From assembly GCA_973895155.1 (NCBI GenBank), contig OZ316894.1, forward strand, positions 6,182,368 through 6,246,367: a stretch of 64,000 nucleotides of DNA, in the 5' to 3' direction. Positions 22,355-36,349 of this stretch are shown here, piece by piece. How positions within the stretch are numbered: position 1 is the first letter of the stretch; the number at the start of each line of letters is the position of its first letter. A program made the translations under genes and the position numbers. This DNA comes from Marsupella aquatica (lineage: Eukaryota > Plantae > Marchantiophyta). The notes beneath the pieces are model-generated. The model searched no databases and was not told where the DNA came from. It was given only the letters and a program-made list of their open reading frames with translations.

Positions 22355-23156
22355 TCTAACACTATAATAGGCAATCCCGCCCATTTGGCCAATTTTCGTC
22401 CGTCGTCCCGTTACAAATTCAAATTCCAGCGGGAATCAAAATTGACCGTCAAAATAAAAATATATTATTTTTCATGACCGTCCGATCTTCTAATACCCTC
22501 TTACAATGAGGCACGCATGCTAGGAACGAGGCACGCAGGCAGGTGCAGGACCGCGCAATTGCTCCCTTCCGTGCACTCATAATGACGGAAGCAGGCAGGC
22601 CTTCCGCGTGGCAAAAGGCATTCCATTTTGGAGCAAACGTATAGGGCTTCGGGCCCGCCCCTGCCTCATCACTCGTGCGGTCACGCCTCCTCGCCTCCGC
22701 ATAGGGCTTCGTGCCCTCCTGGCCCCGACACCCCTGCGCCCGAGGCTGCCTGCTTCGCCAGCCCCTTACACCCTCCTCGCCTCGCCTCCCTTCCTGGCCC
22801 GACACCCCTGCCCCCGAGGCTGCTTGCCTCGCTCGCCTCCCTCCTGGCCCCGACACCCCTCATGGCCCCGACACCCCTGCAAGGCTGCTGCCTCGCTTGC
22901 CCCCCTCCTTACACCCTCCTCGCTCCGCATAGGGCTTCACGCCCTCCTGGCCCCTACACCCCTGCGAGGCTGCTGCCTTGCTCGCCCCCCTCCTTACAGC
23001 AGCCTCGCACGCCCCCCTCCTTACACCCCCCTCGTTCCGCATAGGGCTTCGCACCCTCCTGGCCCCGACACCCCTGCGAGGCTGTACCGTAATGCCCGGG
23101 CCAATCCCGATGGGCCTGCCCTCCTTGCACAGTGCAAAGCACTGGCATAGGGCTCG
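22355..23156 (+). mobile_element. Non-autonomous Helitron-like element with GC-rich internal tandem repeats
   Basis: A|TCTAACACTATAATA 5' end. 3' hairpin CAGTGC-AAA-GCACTG at 23130-23144, then gcatagggCTCG|T. Both ends match the copy at 37277-37635. Confidence 0.75.
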
Positions 23157-23829
23157 TTCCTATATATATTGAGTGTGCGTTGTGGTAGTCTCGCCTGTCT
23201 ATACTGTATGTGTAAGGGTCATCTGTAACACTATCAATGCTCACTACTGGAGAAGTTTTAGTTTGACAGTCCTTTAGTTACAAATTCAAATAGAGGACAC
23301 TTTAGCTGAATGAGTAAGGACTCTAAGGGATGCACTTTCTTATGTTTGCAAAATGTTAGACTGAACCAATTTATTTATTTTTGTAATGTTTGATTGAACC
23401 AAAGGGAAAACATTGATACGCTGGATGTATTCAAAGAAATCAACTGCAAAACCAGCAGGAACAAAGACACACAACCCAAGGGGCAGTTTGAAGGAACGTG
23501 CGGTAAATCCTGCAACAAAACCCAAACACCAAAAGAATCCCTGGACCACCAAGACTAGGTCTTTGGCTGAGAGTGAGTCCTTATCATCCATCCAAATCTG
23601 GACAACTGTGAGATTCAAAGGCACCTATGATCTCTTTGGTCAAAACGAGTTGTCCTTTGTAACTCAGCCCTACTTTGATTCTAAATGTTTTTGAAAGTAT
23701 ACTTTTAGTGTGATGATTCCTTAGTAGTAGTGGAACCTAAAAGTTCAAACCAATTTAGTTTTTTTTAAACCATATTTGAGGATAAAGGTAGTCGAGAATA
23801 CTATAGCCATACTTTCCAAATATAGAAAA

Positions 23830-24161
23830 TAGTTTTTTTCTAACCTGTCCCCTAAACTACCCAATATTATTAACTTGTCACCCAAACAAAATTAATTATC
23901 AACTTGTCCCCCATTTTGTATTTGAGTTAATATTAACTGGTATATGGGTTCCCATAGCCAAGTGAGGCCAATGAAGGGAGGCCAAGGGGTGCCGCGGTGG
24001 GCTCAGGCTATCCAGTAGCAACTTGCCACATGGTAACGGGAACCCGTATACATGTTAATATTAATAGAAATACGAAATGGGGGACATGTTGATAATTAAT
24101 TTTGTTTTGGGGGCACGTTAGCAATGTTGAGTAATTTGGGGGACAGGTTAGTAAAAAGTTG
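23830..24161. mobile_element. Foldback/Mutator-like MITE
   Basis: About 130-bp imperfect terminal inverted repeats (ctaacctgtcccc...gggacaggttag). Candidate 9-bp TSD tatagaaaa (23821-23829) / tatagataa (24162-24170). Confidence 0.8.
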
Positions 24162-27100
24162 TATAGATAAAAGACATGGCAAGGCAATAGAAAACAAGGA
24201 GGAGATGTTTGCTCAGTCTTCCATGACTGAAAGAGCTCTTATTGTTGGTTATTTCTTGATTGTCTTCTAATGTTCAAATTAGTATGAGCTCCTTAGTATA
24301 CTTGGTCCGCGATCACAACACTGAAGTAACTTATACACCTATAACCAGACGCTAGTGCTAACAAATAATTATTTAGCTTTGGATGGGCATCTTCAAGCCC
24401 ACTACTCCCAAATTTGACTCTGCAACTGGGAGTCTTCTTTACCCTTGAGGTTGATCCTTGATGTATGAGTGTATGGTTGAGTGTTGGGAGTTACATAGTG
24501 AGAAAGATATGAGGTCTAATGGAAAAGGAGGGAGGGTTTATTGAACTAAATAAGACTTTGTTAATTCCTAGTCATTGTAGACATCGAGCATACCATACAA
24601 TTACATTGGCCCAAGAGAAAGAAGGCATTGCCAATAATAATAAGCTTTATAATAACCAGTAACTTAATGGCATTAGCAATCATACAAAACTTGCACATCA
24701 TGCTGATGAAAGTGCCATATCAAGTACAATTGGAATGGAAGCCAATAGTTGTGGGGACAATGGAAATTTGTTTGATTGGTATAGGTACTGGCCAAGGCCA
24801 ATTGTTTGATTAGTTTGATTAGGGTTTAGGTTTAGCAGAGCACAATTAACACCCTCGTCACATGTGGACATTTTTCCAGCACCCAGTTCAGTGTCACTCT
24901 CTGGTCCAAGCTTAGGCATTCTTCCTCAAAGGCACTTTAATTCCTAAGTGTTGTAACAAGAGATCCCCAAGGTTTGTTGATAGCATGCCATAAAGTGCAC
25001 ATTAGGGTTGTCAAGCTGCTCACCTCAGTCTAGGATATGAGGGTCCGTCTCGATCCAAACCAACAACTCCTAAGATGGTGCCTTTACATGCCTTGCTTCA
25101 TTGGCTTAGTGAGTAGTTGTGAGATGTGTCCGAGATAGAGGGATTCTTCGTCACTTGGATCCATGAGATTCCAGGCTGGTACTTGGCTTGTCACTTGCTT
25201 GTTGGCAGGTAATGACTCAAGGCCAAAAATTTGTGAGGACAAAGAGAGAGATTACGCAATACAGCATCAAATTCTTCAGGATGATCAGGAATTTGTGAAA
25301 ACAAATTGTTGCCTTCATGGTAACTTAGGAGCTACACATGTGACCCAAGTTAAAAGGCAAAATATTTGGTTGCTCAAATGAATTCTAAGTATGCTTATAT
25401 AGTTTTTTCCCCATGTGCTAGCTGATACAATCTTTCTGTGCAGATGAATTTGGATTTATGCATTTAAAAAAAAACATGCCCTAGAAGAAGTGTTATTTTT
25501 ACCTTGCAAGATGTTTCTGTATGTCTATTGGGTTTTGTAGCTTGTGCATCATATCACAAAAACCAATGGAGAGACAGAATATCTTGCAACAAGTTACAGG
25601 AACAAATCGAAAGACTTTTATGATTAGTGGATTTAGGAGATTATGGAAGCATACCTGAAGCGTACTTCCAGAATTCTATGCACTTCTTATAACTATCATT
25701 TTTGCATCCACACAAAACATTTTACAAGCTCCATCCAAGGTTCAGTTCTTTCAGTTATACCCTTTCAGTTATACCTGGTGTGAAAAACTCTATGTAAGGG
25801 ATGCTCATCCTAAGATATGTTTAGTTATTTTCTTGTAACGATCCATTAATGAGTTTTACAGTGTGGTAGAAAGTTAGATTCTATTTCTTAAAATAATTCT
25901 ATTATTGTGACTTGAGAAAGGTAAGTAAATTGGGTGAGTCCAGTGAGGAACTTAAAAGTTAATTGTGTGGGTGCATCAGTTGTTCTTGTGCTATCATTAG
26001 GGAATTTAATATTTGTTGTCATCAGTACGATGTTTAAAACTAGTAAACTGTGCAAATACAAAGTACAAAATATTAAAATAAAAATACTATGTATACTAGG
26101 GTACATCTAAACCACTATTATGAAGACTTTTGGGTAACAAACATCATGTATTCTCATGGGACAGTGCTTAGGGACACTTGGGTACATTCATGAGACTCCG
26201 AGGACAATCTCCCCTGTGCCATATTGGCTACGATGTTTCACCTGTTTGGGCCATGAGACTCATCGATAGAAACCAAAACAGCACGGGGCATGGAGAAATT
26301 TAAGGGAAAACATATGGGCATGGAGCGATTTAAAAGGGGATAAATGAGAGTATATTAAAATATCACAGGGGTGTCATATAATTCAAATTCACAGGAATAG
26401 AAAATAGTAAACCCCAATAAGATACATTTTAACTTCAATGAGTGTCACTTAAAAACTCCACTCTAAAATATGAGTGAAAAACTATAGTAATTAATAATAG
26501 ATGGGTGTTTGCCCTGCTGCCCATGTTGAGTTTTCTTTTATATTGGCTGCCTGTCTGTCCCCCTTTCTGCAGGTTTCACACGGAAAAACAGAAGAAAAGG
26601 ACCGTTAAATAGAGTTATCCGTAAATTCTAGGGGCAACTAATATGGACAAACCACTTTTTGGGTCCATTTGTGAGCTACCGTAAAGTTTTCTCCAAAAAT
26701 GAGATTGCCGTAAATAAGATGGTGAGATGCACGCTGTGCTCACTATTGTCGAGCTCCCCAATGAGAAGCTTAATTCAAGGCTTAATTGTGCACTAGCCTA
26801 GCCCTCCCATGTGTGTGTTGAGTCCATATCAAAACAAAAAGTGGCACATGCTCAATGGCGTTGCCAGCATCAGAAACGAGTTTGACCTCCAGTCTCACCC
26901 CTGTACAATGCCATGAGAAAATCACTACTTTCACCTTCACTTTTAGGCCAAACTGAAGATGCCAGCAATGCCTGCCCATATAGTATAGCATGTTCATCCT
27001 AATACATGCCTGTTTTGTCTTATTGAATGTTTTGTTAGGAATGTAAATAAAGTATCATAAGTGAGTAAATAAAATAAGCACTTTGTAGATTTTAAATAAA

Positions 27101-27859
27101 AAGCACTTTGTGGCTTTGACAAAATGAGGAAGCGAGTGAAAGGAGGGGATTTCCCATATGGAAAACATTACCACTATTGATGTTGAAATATATACTTAGC
27201 TATTTTTTTAGTTTAAAACTTTTAAAATACCTTGCCACTAAAGTTGTTTTAATAGCCAAAACTGCCTCATTTTGTTTTTAACTACAAATATATCATAGTT
27301 TTGTATATGGAGGACAAGTTCACCAATGTAACCAGCATACCCATATACCACACCCTGGTATATTTATAAAGACAATAAAAAGAATGACATGATGGTAAAT
27401 TGAAAGCTCTTCAATGGCAATCTAGTTACAAGCTGTATAGTTTAATTAGTATTTTGGCATATTTCTCCACCCTTGGTCCAGCAAACTAACTCAAGTTAAA
27501 TAACTCCACTCAAACCTTAGCGGTCATGCTGCTACCCCCCTCCACCTTGGGAGTGAGTCTCTTTTGTCATATATATAGTCCCAACCAGTCCCTCTCTTGC
27601 AGGTCACCTTTAATATGTGGCAGAAATTGATCCACATTTAAGTTGGAGGGGGGAGGATGAACAACTTAGGATCAAGGGGAGTTTCAGCCATGAAATATAA
27701 ATTCTGCCATAGTTGGATTCAGTTGTTTTGAGCTAATCAAAGTTAGTTTGCTTAACACTGGTAAAAGAGAATATAATCAATCAATCACTGAAACTATAAA
27801 GAGTCCCAAAGTATATATTTGGACCAACAAAGATGACAGCTTAGTAATTTGCAAACTAC

Positions 27860-28895
27860 AATGACCAGTCCAAAAGATGGGGACAATTTCTGCAAAACTG
27901 GCCAATAAAGGTAACTTTTATAACCAGCCCAAATATTGTGTAAGAATTTGGCATAACTTGGGCCACACAAATTCTTTAATAACCAGGGAAAATTTTGTGG
28001 AAGATAAAGCAAAATATGCCCATAAAGAAAAATTTCATAACCAGCTCAAAATACAGTAGCAGAATTTGGCTGAATTGGCCCATAAAGAAAAAGCATAAGA
28101 ATAGCAGCCCAAATCTTGGGCAAAAATTGGTTCATAAAAACAACTTTCATACATAAACAGCATAAGAACTTGGCTAAAATTTGGTATTAAAAGTATTTAA
28201 TAACAAGCCCAACTGTTGGATAAGAATTTGGCAAGAATTGACTCATAAAAAACCTTAATAACCTGCCCTAATCTTGTGTAAATTGACAAAATATGGGCCA
28301 TAAAGAAAGCTTTCATAACCAGCCAAAATCTTGGGTAAGAGAGTTGCAAAAAGTTGGCCCATAAAAAAGCTTTCGTAACCGCCAGAATCTTTGGCAAAAT
28401 TTGGCCCATCTAAAATACCTTTCAGAAATAAGCAGCGCTTGAATTTGGCAAAAACTGACCCATCAAAAAAACTTTCATAAATAAGCAGCGTAAGAATCTG
28501 GCAAAAATTGACCCCATCCAAAAAACTTTCATAAAGACGCAGTGTAATAATTTGGGAAAAATTGGCCCATAAGAAAGCTTCGTAACCAGCCCAAATCTTC
28601 GGGTAAGAGATTGGGAAAAAAATGGCCCCATAAAGAGCTTCACAAATAAACAGCATACGTATTTGGCAAAATTGGCCCATCGAAAAAGCTATCATAACCA
28701 AGCAGCGCTAGAATTTGGCGAAAATTGGCCCAATCGAAAAAACTTTCATAAAGAAGCCAGTGCAAGAATTTGGCGAAATTGGCCCATCAAGAAAACCTTC
28801 ATAAATGAACAGTGTAAGAATTTGGCGAAATTGGCCCATCGAAAAAACTTTCATAAATGAACAGTGTAAGAATTTGGCGAAAATTGGCCCATCAA
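27860..28895. repeat. Minisatellite of 52-60 bp units
   Basis: Consensus-like aagaatttggc(a/g)aaattggcccatcgaaaaaactttcataa repeated many times, most homogeneous at about 28735-28892. Confidence 0.93.
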
Positions 28896-29573
28896 TCAAG
28901 CTTTCAAAACCAGCATATGTGTCACTGCCAAAAAGAGAAAAGAGAGTAACGTTAAACCCAAAGCTTAGGCAAAACTGGCATATTAGAAACTGGCGACCCT
29001 GGGTGGGGTTGGATCTGGATAATGCGTCCAGTCTCCCTCCCCCCTCTCTGTTCCCCTCTCCTCTCCTCTCCTCCTCTCTTTCGTGAGACGGATCTGTGGT
29101 GCAAATGTGCTCTCCTCCAACCCGGTGTGCCCCACGCCCACGCCCACGCCCTCCTCCTCACCTGCCTTTCTCCCGTCAGCCCTTCGCGCCCCAAAATGCA
29201 ATGCAATTCAAGGTGAAGCAATTCAATGCGTGCTGGGTTCCCTTCGATGATGGCAGGTCTCGGAGTCTCACACTGCCGCAAAGACTAAATTCCACCATTC
29301 AGTTGAAAGGAAACGAGGACATAGATAGATATATAGAGAGTCGGTGGCGAATCGTCATGTGGTGAATCAGCTCTGCTGGTCTGTCGTCGTAGTAAGGACA
29401 TTGATTGGCACATTGATTAAGTAGAGTCGAGTGGGTCCCTGACTGAATCTGTGCAATTCCTCTGTGAGCACGATCAATCTAGAGGGGTTGGTTTTGGTGG
29501 AGTTGGAAGTGTGGGAGTGGTTTGTGTGTCGACGGGATTGGAAGGAAGGTGATAGAGAAGGGGAATTTGGAGA

Positions 29574-29603
29574 GAAGAAGAAGAAGAAGAAGAAGAAGAA
29601 GAA
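29574..29603 (+). repeat. (GAA)10 microsatellite just upstream of the PGRL1 ATG
   Basis: Read directly from the sequence. Confidence 0.95.
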
Positions 29604-29606
29604 GGG

Positions 29607-32600
29607 ATGGGGGTCGCTCTGCGTCTCCGCGCACTGAATTTCACTTCGTCGTCGCAGCAGCAGCACTGTTTGGCTTCCTCGTCGCAGAGCTTTGCATCGT
29701 CCACAAAATCTCTGCGTGCTCCTGCTGCTGCTGCTTCGTCGTCGTCGTCGCCTGTGCTGCGAGCTGCTGCTTCATGGCAGCTCCCCTCCTTGGCCTTGAC
29801 GACGAAGTGCCGCTCCAAGCGTTCGGATGTCGTCGTCGTACGTGCTGCAGATGGAGCAGGACCAGGTACTGTGGATTAATTCTTTTGGCAGCCTTGCCTG
29901 GTTTGCGTTTGTTCCTGTCTCCATGCTTCTCTTCATGGGGACGATCCATTAGTTAGCTGTTTGCGAGCATCCAGGACGAGCTTCTCGACTCTTCAAGCGA
30001 TTGTAATATGGAGCTCACACGCTGGCCCTCCTGCTGCCTTATTTTTCAGACGATTCTGGTTATGTTGTTTTTTTTCGTTCCATCTACGGAATCCCTCTGC
30101 TTTCTAGCGCATATCTCCCTTAATTGACCAAGTGGACTACCATTTCATTGGCAATATCAGTAATGCATAGTGCCCAGTTACGAGTATCTGCCTTGCCACT
30201 ATGTCTCAATTGTTCGCAGGATTTGGAAGCGCGTTAGACTCGAAATAGGCCAGAGGGATGTATGAATATATTGTTCCATTTTTGCACCCCTGATTTCTTT
30301 CGCCAGCCCGTCTCGGTGCCTGAAATTTGTCATCTATTCACTTGCGTGATCCAGGGCCAGTAAAAGAGCAGGAGGAAGAATTAAGAGACGGTAGAGTGGG
30401 TTTATACTGTAGTATCAATGAGAAAGCTGCCAAGCGTACTATTGGAGAATTGGAGGCAGATTTTTTGGAAGCTCTCCAGGTTTGTTGCAAAACACCGTCA
30501 TGCACTATGCGTCAAAAGATCATCAGTAGCTTGTTCCCTGTGGTGGACTTTCTTGGACTCTGAAAGGGAGTAAATTCATGTGTTTCGGAACAGAGCGATG
30601 AGTTTTGACAGCAGCCTTGCTTTAATGTATGCATAGTGATTCCCTCGCTTACGGAAAGTGGACTAAAGTAATTGAGGTCGAGTCCTGACTTTGTCAAATC
30701 TTGATCTTAGGATCTTGCCGTAAGATTGAGTAATCGCCCTTCATTCTGGTCAGACCTCCTAAAAATTGACGAGGGATTCCGAAGTAAGGCTGCAGCACTG
30801 AAAAATGGGGACTCTAATTTGATGCTTTTTTTTTTCTCATGTTCAGTCCTTTTACTATGAAGGCAAGCCAACCATGTCAAATGAAGAATTTGATAATCTC
30901 AAGGAGGAGCTCATGTGGGAAGGAAGCAAAGTGATTATGCTTAGTAAGCATCCTTTACTAATTTCTTAGTGTTGTTTCCAGTTGCATTTTAGTGAAATTT
31001 TATGATAGGAACTATAAACTCTTTATTACCAGCTTGCAACCGTCAAGAGGAATTTGATTGCGAGGGCTTGGGCAGGTCCGGATGAACAAATTTTTATGGA
31101 GGCATCTTTGGCATACCAGACTGGCAAGCCAATCCTTTCAGACGACGAATATGATAAACTCAAGCTCAAACTTAAGGTATGGAGTATGGCATCTTCTTGT
31201 TTTCCATATCAGATATTGACCTCAAAACAACCCGCTACCCAACTTTGGTGGAAACTGCAAGTAACAGGACACGGCGATCTTCACGGAAAAGTGGAACCTG
31301 TAGCAATGAGTGCCTGTTCAAGTCACGGTGAAGTGGTGGCGACACATCCAAATATCAATCTGATAAAAGTTTCAATCTTTGACAGTGGATTCTCTTGACA
31401 TTTCTGTAAGCTGAGATCGATTATTTCCACTTACAATGAGTTTATGCCTCTCGTGAGCGACTTATTGCTAGACTGCATGATCTACCCAGGAAGTGTTGAG
31501 GTCTTGCGGTGTCCTAGTTATGTCTGTCTAACTCAGATTGTACTAGTGATTTCTAACAGACATGATCATCGAATGCAGAGATCGAGCAGCGTAGTTGCAA
31601 TTGAAGGGCCTAGGTGCAGCCTTCGGAGTAGAAAGGTACATATTGTTTTTTTGAATGCTCTTTGGCCAAACTTCGAGGCCTAGATGATTTAATGACGGAA
31701 TGTCTAGAGAAAGTGAAAACAATGTCTTTTAAACTTTCTGTCTCAAAGATTGCTTACATGACTTCTGCTTGGCCGCGTACTTTTATAACAATCATCTCAC
31801 TTGGCCACTGTCATTAAGCATCTGGTTTGCAATAATCTGCGCAAAAAAACAGGTGGTTAGTGACAGTACTGTGGACTACTTGAAAATGACATTACTCAAT
31901 GTTCCAGCTGCCCTCATCGCCCTTGGATTGTAAGTCTCAAGTCTTTCTATGTAAAGCGCAATGCAGGCAGCAATACCATGTGTTATTTTATGTAATCACC
32001 CTGTTACCCAATTTTTGGCTGACCATGAGTACTTAGATATGATTGAGTTCACACAAAAGAACGGAGCCTGGGGGCTACAAGAGCCACAGAAACATCAGAT
32101 TAGGATTTTTTGAAAGTTACGCAGATACGATCCCTGAGTTGGTGATTCTTATTATCAATGTTTACTTAGGGAAATGCTCTGGCTGATCGGTTCAGGTGGC
32201 ATAGAATGATCAAAGTTTACTAAAACCTGCAGTCTAGTTAGTGTTTTTTTTTGCTTTTTTACTTTTTTGCTTTTTTGCTTAGTAGACAACCCTTACTACG
32301 ACAAGTCAATTGTATTGCACCTGGACTACGGGCATCTGGAGATGATAGCTTCTAACAGAATTTCTGTTATGCAGGGTGTTTTTTTTGGATGACGTGACAG
32401 GCTTCGAAATAACGTACTTGCTGGAGGTATGCGACTGACTTTTGGGAAGATCCTCTTGGGGGTGTCGTGTGAACCTGACGTGGAGTAAATTAATGTTGGC
32501 AAACTGTGATCTTTGTCTCCATGTTGACCTTCACATATTTAAGACTGCAAATATTGTTGTGAAACCAGAAACATTTACATGAAATAGTGCGTAACTCTCT

Positions 32601-33689
32601 CGTTACTAGATCAGTATGGTCCTGTTATCATGGCGTGGAACATATCTTATTTACTTAACTTGCATCCGCATGCACTAAAGAATTTACCGATTTGGCGACT
32701 TCTGGATATTATGGATCTGAGAATTGGCTAACCTATTCTTGCACGCAGCTACCAGAGCCATACAGTTTCTTGTTCACATGGTTCGTCGTGCTGCCAACAA
32801 CTTACCTGATAGCTCGGTCACTCACAAACGTTGTTGTTAAGGATGCCCTTATCTTGAAGGTAACTAGCTGACAACTTTTGCAATGGTCGGCGTGCATTTA
32901 ACTAGAGTCACTTTGTAAGGCAATGCAATCAAAGTACAACCTCCTCCAGATCGATGGTTTTTTTTTGAGGGACTTGTGGTCGGTTCAGGGAACAGTAGTC
33001 GTTTAAGGAGCTGAAAAGTTTGATCATTTGTTGACAGCAAAATTTCTCACTGTTATTGCTTATATGCAGGGCCCCTGTCCTAATTGTGGAGAGAATACCA
33101 CATCTTTCTTTGGTACGATTCTCACGATTGAGAGTGGTGGTCCAGTCAACAACTTGAAGTGTGATAAGTGAGTTCCTCTTGCCTAGTCCATGAAATGTGT
33201 CTGCCATCACAAGCCACTCAGACCTATAAGTCGATTGCCACTCAGACTTGTAAGTCGATTGCCTATTGCATGCTTGATTTTCACTGGCATATCGAAACAC
33301 TTCTAAAAGTTTCAGTGACGCAGAATACCTCATAAGAAGAGTTTGTGGTGTCTCCTGCAGTTGTGGTGCAAAGTTACTTTATGATATGAACACTCGTCTT
33401 ATTGAACTTGACCCATCTCCTCCAGAAGAACCAAAAAAGAAGGTAGGTTTCTTTTGATGGAACTACGTATATTCTGTGAAAGTTTATGGCTTCTGGGCTT
33501 GCGTTTTAAGTTGGAGCCTGTTGATTTTGAGGTTTGACCTTTGTTGATCTTTGCATGTTTTCTCACTTAATCTAATCACCTCGTACCTCCAGAGAAGCAT
33601 CTATAAACTGTGATTGTCCTCTTTAACGTTTCTAGCATCCCCCCTGACAGGTTGCTGCGAAGAGTCCTGTCGCCAAATCAGTTTCTTGA
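29607..33689 (+). CDS. PGRL1: PGR5-like protein 1 (thylakoid cyclic electron flow)
   Basis: Exons 29607-29865, 30355-30479, 30847-30943, 31076-31176, 31579-31635, 31853-31929, 32375-32426, 32749-32859, 33070-33167, 33361-33442, 33651-33689. Motifs: YCSI, SFYYEGKPTMSNEEFDNLKEELMWEGS, EGPRCSLRSRK, FFLDDVTGFEITYLLELPEP, GPCPNCG. Ser/Ala-rich transit peptide. Confidence 0.96.
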
Positions 33690-35275
33690 ACTTCTTCTAC
33701 AACTCTGTGAATTATGGCACAGTTGTGTTTGACTAAGTAGGTGGAAGCGCTGCAACGGTTGAAGCCCTTGGGACTCTTCTTGTCCATATTATCTGGTTAT
33801 ATCCTGATTTTCGTGCATTCGAATTTCATTGGAGTCCCAGGCACGTAAGGGGGATAAATGCGATTGTGAGCTGCTGGAATTCGTCACGAGTGCAACCGTG
33901 GGCCTTTGACTCCCTACGGAGGGTTATGGGACGCTTCAAACTGGGTACCATAGTCGCATGGGCAGACCGTACAGGAGACAAGATTAGCTGTAAACTAGTG
34001 GGATGTTCCAATTTTAAGAGCTACATGAAGGGGATTGATCGTTGAATTTACCTTCTGTATTTAACTTGACATCAAATGTAGTACAAGGTATCAACATTTT
34101 CGTTTCATAACTTCTTGATTACCATGAGTAACGCTTGGCAACGTCTAGATGGAATGATTGCCTGGGTTATAAAGTTACGATTGTTCTTTTTTCTTCAATT
34201 ATGGAGTTGGATATATTTAGAGAATAAATGATACTGATTTGCTGCATAGGAAAGCAAAAAGGTTGAAAATTTGGAGCTCCACTGTGTCCTTTTTGTCCTT
34301 TTCCAACCGCCAGGTTCCCTTTTTGTTCAATTTGTGTGTTAGTCCAATCTTCCTGGCCTCGTCGGCATCGATCCTACTCATGCTTCTCTTCACCTCTATG
34401 GGTCATCATCTTCCGCCTTTTGCCAGAATTTGGGAAATAAGTTGGTAGTGAAAGGGAGATTCGTTGGCATCGTTGTTGATCTGAGATGGAGGGACGAATA
34501 CTTTGGTTGGATATCCCAGAAATCAGCCACTTTCAATCGGGCTGAAATTGGATACAGATAGCTATGTTTGGAAGATATGGCGTGCTGTACAGTTGAAGCC
34601 ACAGCGACTTCACCATTTGAGTGGTAGATTGGTGGTACCGACGTCTGAGCTCACATTTCATATGCGGAAGTTATCCCACGTTTAAGGTTGCACAAACTGG
34701 ACATATATTTTTGTGTGGTCTTGTAGTAGCGGTTTTATGAGATCATCCCTTGACAGAAGAACTTCAGAAATCGACACCGTTGGCTGCTTAGGGCAGAGCT
34801 CCACCAAATGCAGGCAACCTTGAGAGTGCGTGTAACGGGCCTGAGATTGATCAAATAGAAAGTTATTTCTTCTGACAGGAGCAGAACAAGGCAGACAGGA
34901 GCAAGCCCAAAAGAAGAGAATTTTTTTCCTTACCAGGCATGTAACCAAAGGGTTGTGGTCACAATTGGCCCGCCAGTGACAAAAAAAATTGTGGCCAAAA
35001 TAGGCTCAGAACAATATGTTTGTGACACTTATTACTATGTTTGTGACATTCGAATTTTCACTATGCTCTGTACAATACCAACTCTACTGTATACAATACT
35101 TCTAATACTGTATACAATGCTTCTGAGAATATTGTGACAATCCTGACTTCACAATTCTATATGCAATACTTCTGACAGTATGCCGGACAGTACTTCTTAT
35201 AATATGCTCTAGAATACTTCCAAGAATTCTATTTTAGTGTTTTAGTGTCTCATTACACATTGTAGGGTTTCTTTG

Positions 35276-35448
35276 CACATTGGAGCACTAGGGAAATCTT
35301 GTTAGGGTCAATGTGGACCAATCAAAATTCAACACAGGGCCTGAAAGTACAATCAAGGACAGCACATTGGAGCACTAGGGAAATCTTGTTAGGGTCAATG
35401 TGGACCAATCAAAATTCAACACAGGGCCTGAAAGTACGATCAAGGACA
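35276..35448. repeat. About 86-bp near-perfect tandem duplication
   Basis: gcacattggagcactaggg...tcaaggaca present twice. Confidence 0.93.
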
Positions 35449-35884
35449 TATGGTCTGAGTTGTGAGCTATAAGGTCTCCCATATGTCTCCCCCCATGTGC
35501 GGATTGACATACCATCGCCCTATACCTCATAACAGGGACGGTGTGACCTTAATCTCATACTATCTAGGCCAGCTTTGGGCCCCCATCACAACAACTGAAC
35601 TTTGCTCAATATTGTACAATACTTCTCACTATACTTCTGGGCCATTTTAAGGCCCCAATCAGAACAACTGAACTTTGTTTGAAAAGGGCCAAACAAACTA
35701 CTATGGAGTAAACAAAGGGGTTCAGAGAAAAGGATTTTTTTTACTGAAACCATGAGTTTACTAACCTGTTTGTGCCCCAAACTATTTCTATTGCCACATA
35801 GACCCCCATTTCCTATCCCCCCCCGCCTATCGCCCAAACAATTTAAATTTCCACCTTCACCCGCATTTTAAGTAAAAGGCTAAC

Positions 35885-36290
35885 CAAAGCCACCTTGACC
35901 CCCCTTTCAATGTAGGATTAACTAAACTGCTGTAGTTAACCAGAGGTCCCTCATGATTGGTCCCTCAAAATCCCCCTCAAAAATCACATCAACAGTCCAC
36001 AGTTACCCTTGCCCAAAATGAACTTGCACCCTGAGATTGAGTGAGCCAAGCCTGCCGTATAGTTGAGTCCCAAACGTAGCATCATAGCTCGTGACTCAAG
36101 CCTCTCCTGTGCGCCTGCGTTTGCAACGGTGAAGGGACAGCCGGGTTTAGGGCAATCTTGACCAGAGTTTTGTGGGGCCAATCATGTCTTGCCACATGGC
36201 AACAGACCAATCATACGGAACCTCAGGTTAACTACAGTGGTTTAGCTAACCCATACACAAAATGGAGGTCCAGGTGACAATTAAAGTAGT
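35885..36290. mobile_element. Degenerate foldback MITE
   Basis: ctaaactgctgtagttaaccagagg...tgattggtc is mirrored by gaccaatca...cctcaggttaactacagtggtttag. Ends and TSD unresolved. Confidence 0.6.
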
Positions 36291-36349
36291 TTTGTAGACA
36301 AGTTACCAATTTAGATCAGTTAGGGGGACAAGTTACTATAAAATGGTTT

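Noticed and set aside
22449-23244. Several Pro/Arg/Gly-rich ORFs
   Set aside because: By-products of a GC-rich tandem repeat that is open in many frames.
24300-25700. Possible decayed TE or gene fragments
   Set aside because: No motif could be recognised with confidence.
28197-28899. ORFs in the minisatellite
   Set aside because: Repeat translations with no domain signal.
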